Source of the DNA: an uncultured delta proteobacterium
GTDB taxonomy: Bacteria; Desulfobacterota; Desulfobacteria; Desulfobacterales; JAFDCJ01
Direction of reading: 5' to 3'
Assembly (NCBI GenBank): GCA_963769935.1
Contig: CAVYNY010000021.1
Span: forward strand, 32,001 to 96,000
DNA: 64,000 bases
Below the pieces are notes generated by a model that was not told where the DNA came from, searched no databases, and was given only the letters and a program-made list of their open reading frames with translations. Made by a program: the position numbers and the translations under genes. Positions 1 through 10,031 of the stretch are shown here, one piece after another; the first letter of the stretch is position 1; each line of letters begins with the position of its first letter.

Positions 1-925
1 CATTCAGATCTTCGATGGAATCATGCTCGCTGAAATCGCAATTAATGACAAATACAATGTTTTCCAATATTCCCATTTTCTTTATCATGGAAAGAAATCG
101 GATATCAGCCTGCCGCAATCCGGTTCGACTGCTGATCACGTAAATCATCAAGTGCGTCAATAACAAATAGTCCTGAATCATGGCTATATGCAGGGGATTT
201 GATGAATCGCTGCCTTGACAATCCGCGATTTCAAGATTGCTCTCCACCTTACCGGAGTTAATTTCAAGCAACACATCCTTCAAATATACGGCCAGCGATT
301 CATTACCGACAAAGGCTTTATGTTCCGAAAATCGCTCATCTTCATACAGCCGGGTGGGCTTGTCTTCGCTTAATAAAGGGCTTACGGTGTCATAACCTTT
401 TAAGTATGAGGTCAACAGGACATTGTTGATATTGCGTGTTGATTGGGTGATCAATTGATCGGCGTTCAATTCACCAAGCGCGCGCTTCAATTCATGACGA
501 TCTTTTGACTGTCTGATATCAAACTTACTGTTTGCAGTGCGCCAGTTGCCGGTTGGGAACAGAACCAGGGCCTGTTCCATCTCGGCGTTGATTTCATTCC
601 AGGATTTGAAGAACAATTTGGCTCGCAGACGCTCACCGTCGCGCACACGGGTGACGATGGAGGTGATAACTCCGGCGCCTCTTTTGACGTATTCACCTTT
701 GAAAATCGAATTCAAGAATGTGCTCTTACCGGATTTGATTGTTCCGACAATTGCCACCCGGATTATATTTTCAGCCAGCTGCCGCGGGAGCTGCTCACAG
801 GTTTTCTCCCATTCCCCAAAACTGTAGTCTTCCAAACCCGGAACTGATTTGGCCGTCGCAAATAATCCCCGCACATCATGATTGATATGCAGGATTTCAT
901 CTTTCAACGCGCGGTATGTATCCAT
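1..925 (-). CDS. Dynamin-like GTPase, N-terminal part (runs off the window edge)
   Basis: Hand translation from ATG at 925 ([15 protein letters not shown]...) stays open to base 1; P-loop [14 protein letters not shown]3-like IADCQG, then IYVISSR and FVINCD. Missing from the ORF track because it has no stop in the window. Confidence 0.8.
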   Translation of the reverse strand, partial: MDTYRALKDEILHINHDVRGLFATAKSVPGLEDYSFGEWEKTCEQLPRQLAENIIRVAIVGTIKSGKSTFLNSIFKGEYVKRGAGVITSIVTRVRDGERLRAKLFFKSWNEINAEMEQALVLFPTGNWRTANSKFDIRQSKDRHELKRALGELNADQLITQSTRNINNVLLTSYLKGYDTVSPLLSEDKPTRLYEDERFSEHKAFVGNESLAVYLKDVLLEINSGKVESNLEIADCQGSDSSNPLHIAMIQDYLLLTHLMIYVISSRTGLRQADIRFLSMIKKMGILENIVFVINCDFSEHDSIEDLN

Positions 926-1028
926 AGGCTGTCGATTCAACGCAGTAAACTTAATGCCTTGTAAAAGTTAAGGTTTAATGGTATAAGAATTTAAAAAGAA
1001 ACCCATCTATGAAGGGAAAAGAGAATAT

Positions 1029-1175
1029 ATGTCTGAAAAACATCCCGAATGTCCTCTGTATAATCCTTTAAACTGCAAGGAGTATTATAATCCGAAGCTT
1101 TGCGCCTTTGTCAGAAAAGATAAAGATTGCCTAAAAAAAAAGAAACCCAAAGTCAAAGCCAAGGCCAAGGGATAG
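1029..1175 (+). CDS. 48-aa four-Cys, Lys-rich small protein
   Basis: MSEKHPECPLYNPLNCKEYYNPKLCAFVRKDKDCLKKKKPKVKAKAKG*; purine-rich RBS-like AAGGGAAAAGAGA upstream; fills the gap between the dynamin gene and yqgE. Confidence 0.55.
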   Translation: MSEKHPECPLYNPLNCKEYYNPKLCAFVRKDKDCLKKKKPKVKAKAKG

Positions 1176-1193
1176 CTCAATGTGATGACTATC

Positions 1194-1763
1194 TCAGGCA
1201 TGCCCCGCTGAATTCGACAGCAAAACCGGATCGATCCCCAATTTTTTAACCGCCTCCTCCCATCGTGTTTCAATCGGCATCTTAAATATATTCTCCTCGA
1301 AAACAGGATAATTCAGCCATGCATTTTCCTTTATTTCGGCCTCAAGCTGCCCCGGGCCCCAGCCGGCACACCCCAGCGAGATAATAAACGCCTTCGGTCC
1401 TCTGGCCATGGCGATGGCTTCCAGAATATCTTTTGTGTTGCTCATCGCCAGGGTGGGTGTAATCATCAGGCTGGCTTGCCAGTTAAAAGGAGGCCCATGC
1501 AATACAAATATTTCACCGATGTGCACCGGACCGCCTAAATGGATGCGTATGGATGCCGCATCCGCCACGTGTTCGATTTCAAGTTCCTCGAAAATATCAT
1601 CTGCCGTCAGGGAATGATGAACCCGGTTGACGATGATACCCATGGCACCGGATTCGTTGTGCTCACAGATGCAGGTGACGGTTTGATGGAAATTCGGATC
1701 GGCCAGACCGGGCATGGCCAGCAAGAATTGACCTTTCAACGTAGCGGAATTATCTGAAACCAT
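1194..1763 (-). CDS. yqgE: YqgE/AlgH (UPF0301) family protein
   Basis: LKGQFLLAMPGLADPNF, GGPV, LGCAGWGPGQLEAEI, C-terminal AGHA. Confidence 0.93.
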   Translation of the reverse strand: MVSDNSATLKGQFLLAMPGLADPNFHQTVTCICEHNESGAMGIIVNRVHHSLTADDIFEELEIEHVADAASIRIHLGGPVHIGEIFVLHGPPFNWQASLMITPTLAMSNTKDILEAIAMARGPKAFIISLGCAGWGPGQLEAEIKENAWLNYPVFEENIFKMPIETRWEEAVKKLGIDPVLLSNSAGHA

Positions 1764-1790
1764 GGTTCCTCCACCAAGCAGATTGACTTA

Positions 1791-1946
1791 GGGTTCACGA
1801 AAAAATAAGTTCACAATTTTAGGCGTTGCGGCGCCCGACCGGCAAGGCGCGAAAACGCAGGAATATCTCTATATTCCGAGCTTTCGCAACGCAGCCGGGC
1901 GGGATGCAGCGGCGTATAAAATGTGAAGTTATCTTTGAGTGAGCCC
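1791..1946. mobile_element. MITE-like element, copy 1 (156 bp), TTA target duplication
   Basis: Imperfect TIRs GGGTTCACGAAAAAATAAGTTCACA / TGTGAAGTTATCTTTGAGTGAGCCC, TTA at 1788-1790 and 1947-1949; inverted homolog at 35007-35161. Confidence 0.8.
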
Positions 1947-2051
1947 TTAGTATGCTAAAGTTGGTCGCCCAAACCTAATTTTATCAACACCCTTTGTCAA
2001 GGAAACATCATGGATTTTTTGATGAAGGTGGAGAATCTATGGCATGGAGAA

Positions 2052-4655
2052 CTAATTGGCCAGGGCGGCCTTCTCCTTTTCCAATCGACGGTCCAGCAGT
2101 TCATACACTTTCATATCGCTGATTTCCTTGCCGACATTCAGCGGCTTGGTGATCTCTTCGACTTCCAGACGCGATCGCACGGCCCGCAGTGTGCTTTCGC
2201 TGATCAAGATTCCGTTGCGATATGCTTTGGCCAGATTCTGCAGACGGAATACTGTATTTACGGCATCCCCAATGACGGTATAATCCATTTTCTTGTCAAA
2301 GCCGATGTTGCCCACGACGACTTCCCCGGTGTGAATACTGATGCCCATTTCCAAAGACGCATCCAATTTGCGTTTCAGATATTTGTTTACGGCCGGAAGT
2401 GAATGCTTCATTTCAAAGGCCGCGGCAATGGCATTGTCCGCATCCTGGGTGCTGGCAACCGGGGCTCCGAAAAGTGCCAGAAAGCCGTCTCCCAGATATT
2501 TGTCGACAATACCGTAGTGCTTGAAAACGATGCCGCCCATAACTGAGAAAAAGCTGTTAAGCAGAGAAACGGTCTTTTGCGGGCCGATTTGCACGGCCAG
2601 ACTTGAAAACCCTCGGATATCGATGTTCAGCAAAGTGATCGTTCGTATTTCTTCGATGATGGGTCTTCCGTCGGAGGATCCATGAATGATCTTATCCAGG
2701 ACTTCCTTGGGAACAAATTTCTGAAACATTTGACGGACATCCCGCTCATGCTCAGCCATGGATACTGTTTCCTCGTAGAGCCGCGCATTCTCCAGAGCGA
2801 TGCAGACCGAAGTGGCGATGGCTTGCAACAAATCTTTGTCGGCATTGCTGAATTCACCATTTATTTTGTTCAAGACCTCGATAACCCCGATCACCCGTCC
2901 CTGGGATATCATGGGCACACAAAGGGCAGATTGGGTCGTAAAGCCCGATGTTTCATCAATTATCGGAAAGAAATGCGATGATTTCTCAGTATCACTGACG
3001 ATAATGGCCTCCCCTCTGGCGGCCACGTAACCGGCAATACCCTGCCCCAGCTTCAGGCGGAATTTTTTCATTGATTTTATTTTTATGTTAAAGGCAACGG
3101 CAATCTCCAGTTCATTGCCTTCCAGAAACAAGAGCGAGCCGGCTTCCACATTCATGACTTCCCGAATCATGTCCATGGTATATTTCAGGACCTTGCTGAT
3201 ATCAAAGGTCGACGACGCCAAGGCACTTCCAATCTGGCGGATGGTGTCCAATTCCTGGTTGCGCTTGACCACGGCCGCCGAAAGCCGGTTGCGTTCGAGA
3301 ACCAGAGAAAGCCCGTAGGCAATCCACCTTAACAATTCTTTGACATCATTAAACAATCCGGGCTGTTTGCTCCCCAGAGACAAAACACCGTATACCCGGC
3401 CATCTATTTTCAGAGGGGCCAGCAGGCAGGTTTGGCAGCCGTGGTTCTTGAAAATGACCTGATCCAGGGGACTGGCCGCGTCAAAGCCCCCCTCGATGAT
3501 AAGGGCGGATTCCTGTTTGAAGACCTTTTCGATAATCGAATCTTTGTAGGCATAGGATCGGCCTTTGACAATTTCGGCATGCCCGTTGCTGTAAAAATCT
3601 ATGATTTTCAGGTGGCCGGCTTTGCTCTCATTTATGGTCATCACAGCAGCCAAATCATAGGGTACGAGGCTGTGAATCTCGTTGAGCAAGGCATGGGAGA
3701 GTTCACTGTCTCGAAAACTGGAGGTGAAGAGCTTGAATATTTTTTCGATAAACCGGATATAGACCGCCCGCTGTTCGCTTTCTTTCAGCAGCCTCAGGTT
3801 CTCATAGGTAAAGGCGGCGTTGCTTAACAAGGGAGTCAAAACTTCAATGTCGCTTTGCGTAAAGATCCGGCTGTTGTTGCGGGACGAAATAGTCAGCACG
3901 CCGATTATATCCTTGCTGGTCTTAATCGGCATACACACGAATGATTTTGTACCATAGTGCGCATTATTGGCCCGACCGAAGCGTTTATCCTTTTCGATAT
4001 CCTCAACCACCAGCGGTGATTTATTGATAACTGCATATTTGGCAATGCTGCTGTCAAAATCGATCCGGTCGCCGGATTTGACAAATTTGCCCAGCCCGAC
4101 GGTCGCTTTTACGACGAAGGTTTTGGGGTCTGTTTTTTCCAGGGTTAAAATGGAACCCAGATCCGAATTCGTTAGTACCAGCGCACGTTCCAGAGTGACA
4201 TACAGAATTTCCTCCGGATCAAAAGTTACATAGCACAGCTCCGAAAGCTCTTTTAAAATTGATATTTCGGAGGCTTTTTTTTCAAGCTGCTTGAAAGTGT
4301 TGCTGAATTGTCTTTCAATCGCGGTAAAGGAATTGACGATGGAGTGCAATTCATCCGTGCCGGCGCCGGTATCGCCGTCCGAGAGTTCGGCCATGTAGTT
4401 GGTCGACATTTCCTGGGATATATTGGCAATCTTATCGAAAAGATTTTTCAGTATGTTAAAACCGATAAATGAAAAAATGAGAATTCCCAGAAAGAAAAAA
4501 GGCAGGTATTCATCTTCCAGCATGTGATATTTGATGCTGAAAAAGATAAACCCTAATACTGGAAACAAAAAAAAGAGCCCGAAGATTAAGTTGAGCTTGT
4601 AATAAAGATTGCGGTGTTTCAAAAATCGCTTTCCTAACCATTTATGTAGTTGCAT
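2052..4655 (-). CDS. Membrane-anchored class III adenylate cyclase with three GAF domains
   Basis: Two N-terminal TM helices, three GAF-like repeats (CMPI...GVL, LAPL...GVL, CVPM...GVI), catalytic motifs NIDIRGFS, VDKYLGDG, DYTVIGDAVNTVFRLQ; start set at MQLHKW (RBS AGAAGGA). Confidence 0.9.
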   Translation of the reverse strand: MQLHKWLGKRFLKHRNLYYKLNLIFGLFFLFPVLGFIFFSIKYHMLEDEYLPFFFLGILIFSFIGFNILKNLFDKIANISQEMSTNYMAELSDGDTGAGTDELHSIVNSFTAIERQFSNTFKQLEKKASEISILKELSELCYVTFDPEEILYVTLERALVLTNSDLGSILTLEKTDPKTFVVKATVGLGKFVKSGDRIDFDSSIAKYAVINKSPLVVEDIEKDKRFGRANNAHYGTKSFVCMPIKTSKDIIGVLTISSRNNSRIFTQSDIEVLTPLLSNAAFTYENLRLLKESEQRAVYIRFIEKIFKLFTSSFRDSELSHALLNEIHSLVPYDLAAVMTINESKAGHLKIIDFYSNGHAEIVKGRSYAYKDSIIEKVFKQESALIIEGGFDAASPLDQVIFKNHGCQTCLLAPLKIDGRVYGVLSLGSKQPGLFNDVKELLRWIAYGLSLVLERNRLSAAVVKRNQELDTIRQIGSALASSTFDISKVLKYTMDMIREVMNVEAGSLLFLEGNELEIAVAFNIKIKSMKKFRLKLGQGIAGYVAARGEAIIVSDTEKSSHFFPIIDETSGFTTQSALCVPMISQGRVIGVIEVLNKINGEFSNADKDLLQAIATSVCIALENARLYEETVSMAEHERDVRQMFQKFVPKEVLDKIIHGSSDGRPIIEEIRTITLLNIDIRGFSSLAVQIGPQKTVSLLNSFFSVMGGIVFKHYGIVDKYLGDGFLALFGAPVASTQDADNAIAAAFEMKHSLPAVNKYLKRKLDASLEMGISIHTGEVVVGNIGFDKKMDYTVIGDAVNTVFRLQNLAKAYRNGILISESTLRAVRSRLEVEEITKPLNVGKEISDMKVYELLDRRLEKEKAALAN

Positions 4656-4799
4656 TTGGCCGTCCTTCTGATACACTATCCCACTGCACGATAGCGGGTA
4701 TCTGTAAATTAATTTATATACCATAACCATATTTTCTTCAAGAAAATAAATTCTTTATCCTGGCCTTATCCACGGCCTGGCCTAAGGGAACAGATCGAA

Positions 4800-7055
4800 A
4801 TGAGCAACGCACATATTGAGATTATTTCTTCCGAACTTCAATTGAAAGATTTTCAGGTTAAGGCCGTATCCGACCTGCTGGGCGAGGGCGCCACCGTGCC
4901 GTTTATCGCGCGCTACCGCAAGGAAGCAACGGACAGTCTGGATGAAGTGCACATCACCTCCATCCGTGATCGATTGCAACAGCTGGCAGAATTGGATTCA
5001 CGCAAGGAATCGATTCTCAAATCATTGGAAACCCATGGTCACTTGACCGATACACTCAAAGCAGAGGTTCTGGCAGCGCCGACGTTATCCCTGCTGGAAG
5101 ACCTGTATTTACCGTACCGGCCCAAAAGGCGCACCCGGGCGATGGCTGCCCGGGAAAAGGGTCTTGAGCCCCTGGCCCGGCTGATTTTAGAGCAAAATGG
5201 CGTGGATCCCCAAAAAGCAGCGGTCCAATTTATAGATCCGACCCAGGCAGTTGACACCGCCGAGGCGGCCCTGGCCGGCGCCCGAGACATTATCGCGGAG
5301 ATCGTAAATGAAGACCAGCAGACGCGTACGGCGATTAGAAACCTGTTTTTTTCACGCGCCGTCGTCCACAGTCGGGTGGTATCCGGCCAAGAAACAGCGG
5401 GGACCAAGTACCGGGACTATTTTGACTGGCAGGAGCCGGCCGCCGCCGCACCGTCTCACCGGGTGCTGGCCATGCGACGCGGCGAAAAGGAGGATTTCCT
5501 GAATTTATCGATCGTTCCGGCGGAAGAAGAAGCTCTTAAAATCCTCGAGACTCTGTTTGTAAAAGGAGAACAGCAAGATTCGGCTGAGGTTAAAATCGCC
5601 ATCCAGGACAGCTACCGGCGCCTTCTATCCCGCTCCATGGAAACCGAAATCAGGCTGGCCATCAAAGAACGCGCCGACATCGAAGCGATCAGGGTCTTTT
5701 CTGAAAACCTGCGCGAGTTGCTTCTGGCTCCGCCGCTGGAGGCCGCAAGCGTCATGGGCTTAGACCCCGGTTACCGGACCGGATGCAAGCTGGTCTGCCT
5801 GGATGCCCAGGGTAAAATCGTGCACCATGATACCATTTATCCGCACACCTCTGCCAAACAAAGCGAGGAGGCCGCCCGCAAAGTTCGCGAATTGGTGGTT
5901 CGCTATCAAATTGAGGCAATTGCTGTCGGCAACGGGACCGCCGGTCGGGAAACCGAAGCGTTTATTAAAAATCTCGGTTTGGACCGACGGATTCAGATTG
6001 TACTGGTGAATGAGAGCGGCGCCTCGATTTATTCAGCGTCCGAGGCGGCCCGCCAGGAATTCCCCGATCTTGACCTCACCGTCCGCGGGGCTATTTCCAT
6101 CGGCCGGCGGCTGATGGACCCCCTTTCCGAACTGGTAAAAATCGACCCTAAATCAATAGGGGTGGGACAATACCAGCACGATGTCGAGCAAGCGGCATTG
6201 AAACAAACGCTGGATGATGTCGTCATCAGCTGCGTCAACCGGGTGGGGGTTGAGGTCAACCAGGCCAGCGTCCAACTTTTGACCTATGTATCCGGTCTGG
6301 GACCGCAACTCGCGAAAAACATCATGACTTACCGCGAACAGAATGGACCCTTTGAATCCCGAGACCAGCTGCAAAAGGTGCCGCGACTCGGACCCAAGGC
6401 GTTTGAGCAGGCGGCCGGGTTTTTAAGAATCAGAAATGGAGCCAATCCGCTGGATGCCAGCGCGGTCCATCCTGAAAGCTATAGTGTTGTATCGGCCATG
6501 GCCCGGGATATGCAATGCAACGTAACCGATTTAATGCGACAGCCGGACCTCAGAGCAAAAATAGACATCAGCCGGTATGCGACGGATCAAATAGGCCTGC
6601 CGACTTTGCAGGACATCCTCGCTGAACTTGCCCGGCCGGGGCGCGACCCGCGCCAAGAGTTTGAAAGGTTTGCCTATGCGGATGACGTTGCAGTCCCAGC
6701 CGATTTAAAGCCCGGCATGAAAATTCCCGGAATCGTGACCAACGTTACGGCTTTCGGGGCTTTTGTGGACATCGGTGTTCACCAGGACGGCCTGGTGCAT
6801 ATCAGCGAACTCTCGGATGGATTCGTGAAAAATCCTGCCCAAGTGGTTCGGGTGCAGCAAAAAGTGGCGGTCACCGTTATCGACGTGGACCTTGAGCGCA
6901 ACCGGATCTCACTCTCGATGAAGACGGCCCCGGCCGTATCGACACCCAAACCCCGTCCATCAACCAAAGCCAACAAACCGAAACCGCAGCCCCAAGGCAA
7001 AAAACAGACAAAAACGCCCTTTAATAATCCGTTTGCAGACCTGCTTAGAGATTAG
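4800..7055 (+). CDS. tex: Tex RNA-binding transcription accessory protein
   Basis: GATVPFIARYRKEAT, GLDPGYRTGCK, ELVKIDPKSIGVGQYQHDV, C-terminal S1 domain. Confidence 0.96.
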   Translation: MSNAHIEIISSELQLKDFQVKAVSDLLGEGATVPFIARYRKEATDSLDEVHITSIRDRLQQLAELDSRKESILKSLETHGHLTDTLKAEVLAAPTLSLLEDLYLPYRPKRRTRAMAAREKGLEPLARLILEQNGVDPQKAAVQFIDPTQAVDTAEAALAGARDIIAEIVNEDQQTRTAIRNLFFSRAVVHSRVVSGQETAGTKYRDYFDWQEPAAAAPSHRVLAMRRGEKEDFLNLSIVPAEEEALKILETLFVKGEQQDSAEVKIAIQDSYRRLLSRSMETEIRLAIKERADIEAIRVFSENLRELLLAPPLEAASVMGLDPGYRTGCKLVCLDAQGKIVHHDTIYPHTSAKQSEEAARKVRELVVRYQIEAIAVGNGTAGRETEAFIKNLGLDRRIQIVLVNESGASIYSASEAARQEFPDLDLTVRGAISIGRRLMDPLSELVKIDPKSIGVGQYQHDVEQAALKQTLDDVVISCVNRVGVEVNQASVQLLTYVSGLGPQLAKNIMTYREQNGPFESRDQLQKVPRLGPKAFEQAAGFLRIRNGANPLDASAVHPESYSVVSAMARDMQCNVTDLMRQPDLRAKIDISRYATDQIGLPTLQDILAELARPGRDPRQEFERFAYADDVAVPADLKPGMKIPGIVTNVTAFGAFVDIGVHQDGLVHISELSDGFVKNPAQVVRVQQKVAVTVIDVDLERNRISLSMKTAPAVSTPKPRPSTKANKPKPQPQGKKQTKTPFNNPFADLLRD

Positions 7056-7099
7056 TTGAAAAGTTTTGAACCTCCAGTCTAATCGTTGAAGAAACTGAG

Positions 7100-7350
7100 T
7101 GTAGTTTCACACGAGCCGGGCCGCTGGCCAAAAAGACGGCCAGATTAATCGAGAAAGAAACTTTTGGGAATTCGGACACAGTTGGATTTACTATCACGCC
7201 CACTTTCAGGCTTCGCTCTTCGAGCTACGACCCGACAAGCCGTTAGAGCTCACAGAGACCGCGGAGAATATTTTTCTTTCGCCGCAGGCGGCTGCCAACC
7301 CTTACCTCTGTGACCTCTGAGCGCTCTGTGTGAGATGTAGTTTCATATAA
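7100..7350. repeat. Composite intergenic repeat cluster
   Basis: TGTAGTTTCA direct repeat (7100, 7336); GCCGCTGGCC...GGCCAGATTAATCGAGAAAGAAA similar to reverse complement of 19660-19700; CTCACAGAG...CTCTGTGTGAG hairpin 7249-7334. Confidence 0.6.
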
Positions 7351-7409
7351 GAGTTTCCAAGTTTAGATCACTATGCTATTCTTTTAGATGCTAAGAAAGC
7401 TGTGTAAGT

Positions 7410-7853
7410 ATGCGCGCAGTCGTCCAGCGAGTCAAAGAAAGCTCGGTTAAAACCGGGGAAGAAACCATCAGCCGGATTGGCAGAGGTCTGCTGGTACTGC
7501 TCGGTGTCGCCCAAGGCGACCGCCCGTCTGATGCCGACTATCTGGCAAACAAAATCGTGAACTTAAGAATTTTTGAAGATGACATCGGTAAAATGAACCG
7601 GTCGGTGCTGGAAACCGGCGGCCAAATGCTGGTGGTTTCTCAGTTCACCCTGCTGGGGGATTGCCGCAAGGGCCGCCGGCCTTCTTTCGTGGCTGCCGCC
7701 GAGCCGGCGAAGGCCACAGAGCTCTATACCGATTTTGTCGAACAGGTACGCCGGCTGGGTGTATCCGTTCAAACCGGACGTTTCGGGGCCGTGATGGAAG
7801 TCGCCTTGAAAAACGACGGGCCGGTCACCCTCATTCTGGAAAGCCCAAGTTAA
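7410..7853 (+). CDS. dtd: D-aminoacyl-tRNA deacylase
   Basis: [27 protein letters not shown]. Confidence 0.97.
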   Translation: MRAVVQRVKESSVKTGEETISRIGRGLLVLLGVAQGDRPSDADYLANKIVNLRIFEDDIGKMNRSVLETGGQMLVVSQFTLLGDCRKGRRPSFVAAAEPAKATELYTDFVEQVRRLGVSVQTGRFGAVMEVALKNDGPVTLILESPS

Positions 7854-7855
7854 AT

Positions 7856-9115
7856 ATGTCAAATAGAAGTTATGCCGGGTATCATTACGTTCATAAGCCG
7901 GTGGTGTTTGCATTGCTGTTGGTGATATTGCCGTTGCTTGCAGGAGATATCACCACCGCCGGCGCAGCTGAATGGGATGCAATAAAATCGCTGATCGGGA
8001 GGCGGGATGCCATCATGGTTGCTGATCCGGCGGGACGAATTTTAGTCCAGAAAAATGAAACCCGCAAATTAATCCCAGCTTCCATTCTCAAAATTTTCAC
8101 TTCTCTGGCAGCCCTGCATTACCTCGGGCCGGAGTATCGTTTCCGGACGGAATTTTATCTGGACAACGCCGCCAATCTCAAAATCAAAGGCTATGGCGAT
8201 CCGTTGTTAATTTCAGAAATTGTCAACCTCGTCTCACAGCTGCTGGCCCCTCTGGTCGGAAGTTCGATAATGGTCAACGATCTAATTCTGGATGATTCCT
8301 ATTTCAGCCAACCCTTGACCATACCCGGCATCAGCTCTTCATCGCAGCCCTACGACGCCCCGAATGGGGCATTGTGTGTAAATTTCAACACGGTTAATTT
8401 CAAGCACACGAACTCCGGCTACACCAGTGCCGAGCCGCAAACGCCGCTTTTGCCATTTGCGGAAAAAAAGATCAACGCATTGCAGCTTAAAAGCGGCCGA
8501 TATGTTCTGTCACATGTCGCCGGTGAAAACACAGTATATGCCGGTGAATTATTCAAATACTTTCTGAACCGGCATGGACTGCGGATTAACGGCAAAGTTA
8601 AGCTGGGCCGGGTAAATGCAGCCGAAGATCAACTCATCTATCAATATGTCTCTCGTTTTACATTGGCTGAGATTATCGCCGGACTTCTTGAACACTCCAA
8701 CAATTTCACCATCAACCAGCTGCTGATTACCGCGGGCGTCAAGGCCTTCGGTGCACCCGGCAATCTTGCAAAAGGCGTCAGAGCGGCATTGGATTACGCC
8801 GAACAGGTTTTACATATCGCGGATTTGACCATCGTGGAAGGCTCGGGGATATCCAGAGACAACCGAGTTTCAGCACGCCAAATGATGTCGATTCTGAATG
8901 AATTTGAGCCCCAGCGGTTCTTAATGCGCCGGCAGGGCCGCGAGAATTACAAAACCGGCACCCTTAACGGCATCAGCACGCGCGCCGGCTTCATAACAGG
9001 CAATAGCGGCAAACGGTATCGTTACGTGGTAATGATCAATACCCCCGGAAAATCCACCGAACCGGTCAGGCGAAAACTATTGCATACCCTTGGGGATGAC
9101 GGAGCTTTGGAATGA
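7856..9115 (+). CDS. dacB: D-alanyl-D-alanine carboxypeptidase/endopeptidase (peptidase S13, PBP4-type)
   Basis: SxxK (PASILK), SxN (HSNN), KTG (YKTGTL), EGSGISR; start moved to ATG 7856 after the dtd stop. Confidence 0.88.
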   Translation: MSNRSYAGYHYVHKPVVFALLLVILPLLAGDITTAGAAEWDAIKSLIGRRDAIMVADPAGRILVQKNETRKLIPASILKIFTSLAALHYLGPEYRFRTEFYLDNAANLKIKGYGDPLLISEIVNLVSQLLAPLVGSSIMVNDLILDDSYFSQPLTIPGISSSSQPYDAPNGALCVNFNTVNFKHTNSGYTSAEPQTPLLPFAEKKINALQLKSGRYVLSHVAGENTVYAGELFKYFLNRHGLRINGKVKLGRVNAAEDQLIYQYVSRFTLAEIIAGLLEHSNNFTINQLLITAGVKAFGAPGNLAKGVRAALDYAEQVLHIADLTIVEGSGISRDNRVSARQMMSILNEFEPQRFLMRRQGRENYKTGTLNGISTRAGFITGNSGKRYRYVVMINTPGKSTEPVRRKLLHTLGDDGALE

Positions 9116-9123
9116 CGAGTAAC

Positions 9124-9245
9124 AATTGAATATTGAAGATTGCAGATTGAAAATTTAAGGATTTTTTTCTTATTATCCTCGGTGGTGCTGGCAGGAATCA
9201 AAAATCGACAGAATTCCACAAATATTCAATTTTCAATATTCAATA
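9124..9245. repeat. Heptamer (ATTGAAT/ATTGAAG) palindromic element
   Basis: AATTGAATATTGAAGATTGCAGATTGAAAATTTAAGG ... TTCCACAAATATTCAATTTTCAATATTCAAT; inverted relative of 56481-56646. Confidence 0.75.
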
Positions 9246-9257
9246 TACATTCCAGAT

Positions 9258-10028
9258 TTAGCGGGAGGTGATGCTGGCAAATGCACTGTGGTTGTGGATG
9301 GATTCGAAATTTTCCGCACTGACCGAAAACCAGGTGATGTTATCGTCGTCTTTGAGTTTTTTAGCAACATCGCGCACGATATCTTCGACAAATTTGGGAT
9401 TGGCAAACGCTTTTTCCGTGACGTACTTTTCATCAACCCGCTTCAAAACGGAAAAAACCTCACTGGAGGCTGCCCTTTCCACCAGTTCGATCATGTCTTC
9501 CATCCAGATGAATTTCTTGAACCGCGTGCTCAGACGGACCTCACCACGCTGATTATGGGCGCCATTGTCACTGATTTCCATCGAGCACGGGCAAACCGAG
9601 GAGATCGGAACAACAACTTCAGATATCAGATCAATTTTGCCGGATGGATCACTCGTTCCGATAATGCTGCAGGTGTAGTCCATCAACCCCGGCGATGTGC
9701 TGACCGGGGCTTTTTTTTCGATGAAATACGGGAAAGTCATTTCAAGGTGCGCGGAAGCGGCATTTAAATGCGCTTTCATATTTTCAAGGATGGCCGAAAA
9801 CTTCTTCAGGGAGACCTCCGGGCGCAACAGATGAAGAAGCTCGACGAATCGGCTCATGTGGGTGCCCTTGTTTTCGTGGGGTAAATCCACAAACATATTG
9901 ATGGCGGCAATAGTATGCTGAAAGCCATCCCGCCGATCACGAACGGTAATGGGATAGCGAAGATTTTTTATCCCGACTTTGTCGATCGGGATATTGCGGT
10001 AATCCGGCTGACTCTGAACGTCTTTCAT
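9258..10028 (-). CDS. folE2: GTP cyclohydrolase IB (FolE2)
   Basis: IPIDKVGIK, KGTHMSRF, CPCS...GAHNQR, NPKFVED, ESIHNHSA. Confidence 0.96.
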   Translation of the reverse strand: MKDVQSQPDYRNIPIDKVGIKNLRYPITVRDRRDGFQHTIAAINMFVDLPHENKGTHMSRFVELLHLLRPEVSLKKFSAILENMKAHLNAASAHLEMTFPYFIEKKAPVSTSPGLMDYTCSIIGTSDPSGKIDLISEVVVPISSVCPCSMEISDNGAHNQRGEVRLSTRFKKFIWMEDMIELVERAASSEVFSVLKRVDEKYVTEKAFANPKFVEDIVRDVAKKLKDDDNITWFSVSAENFESIHNHSAFASITSR

Positions 10029-10031
10029 GGT

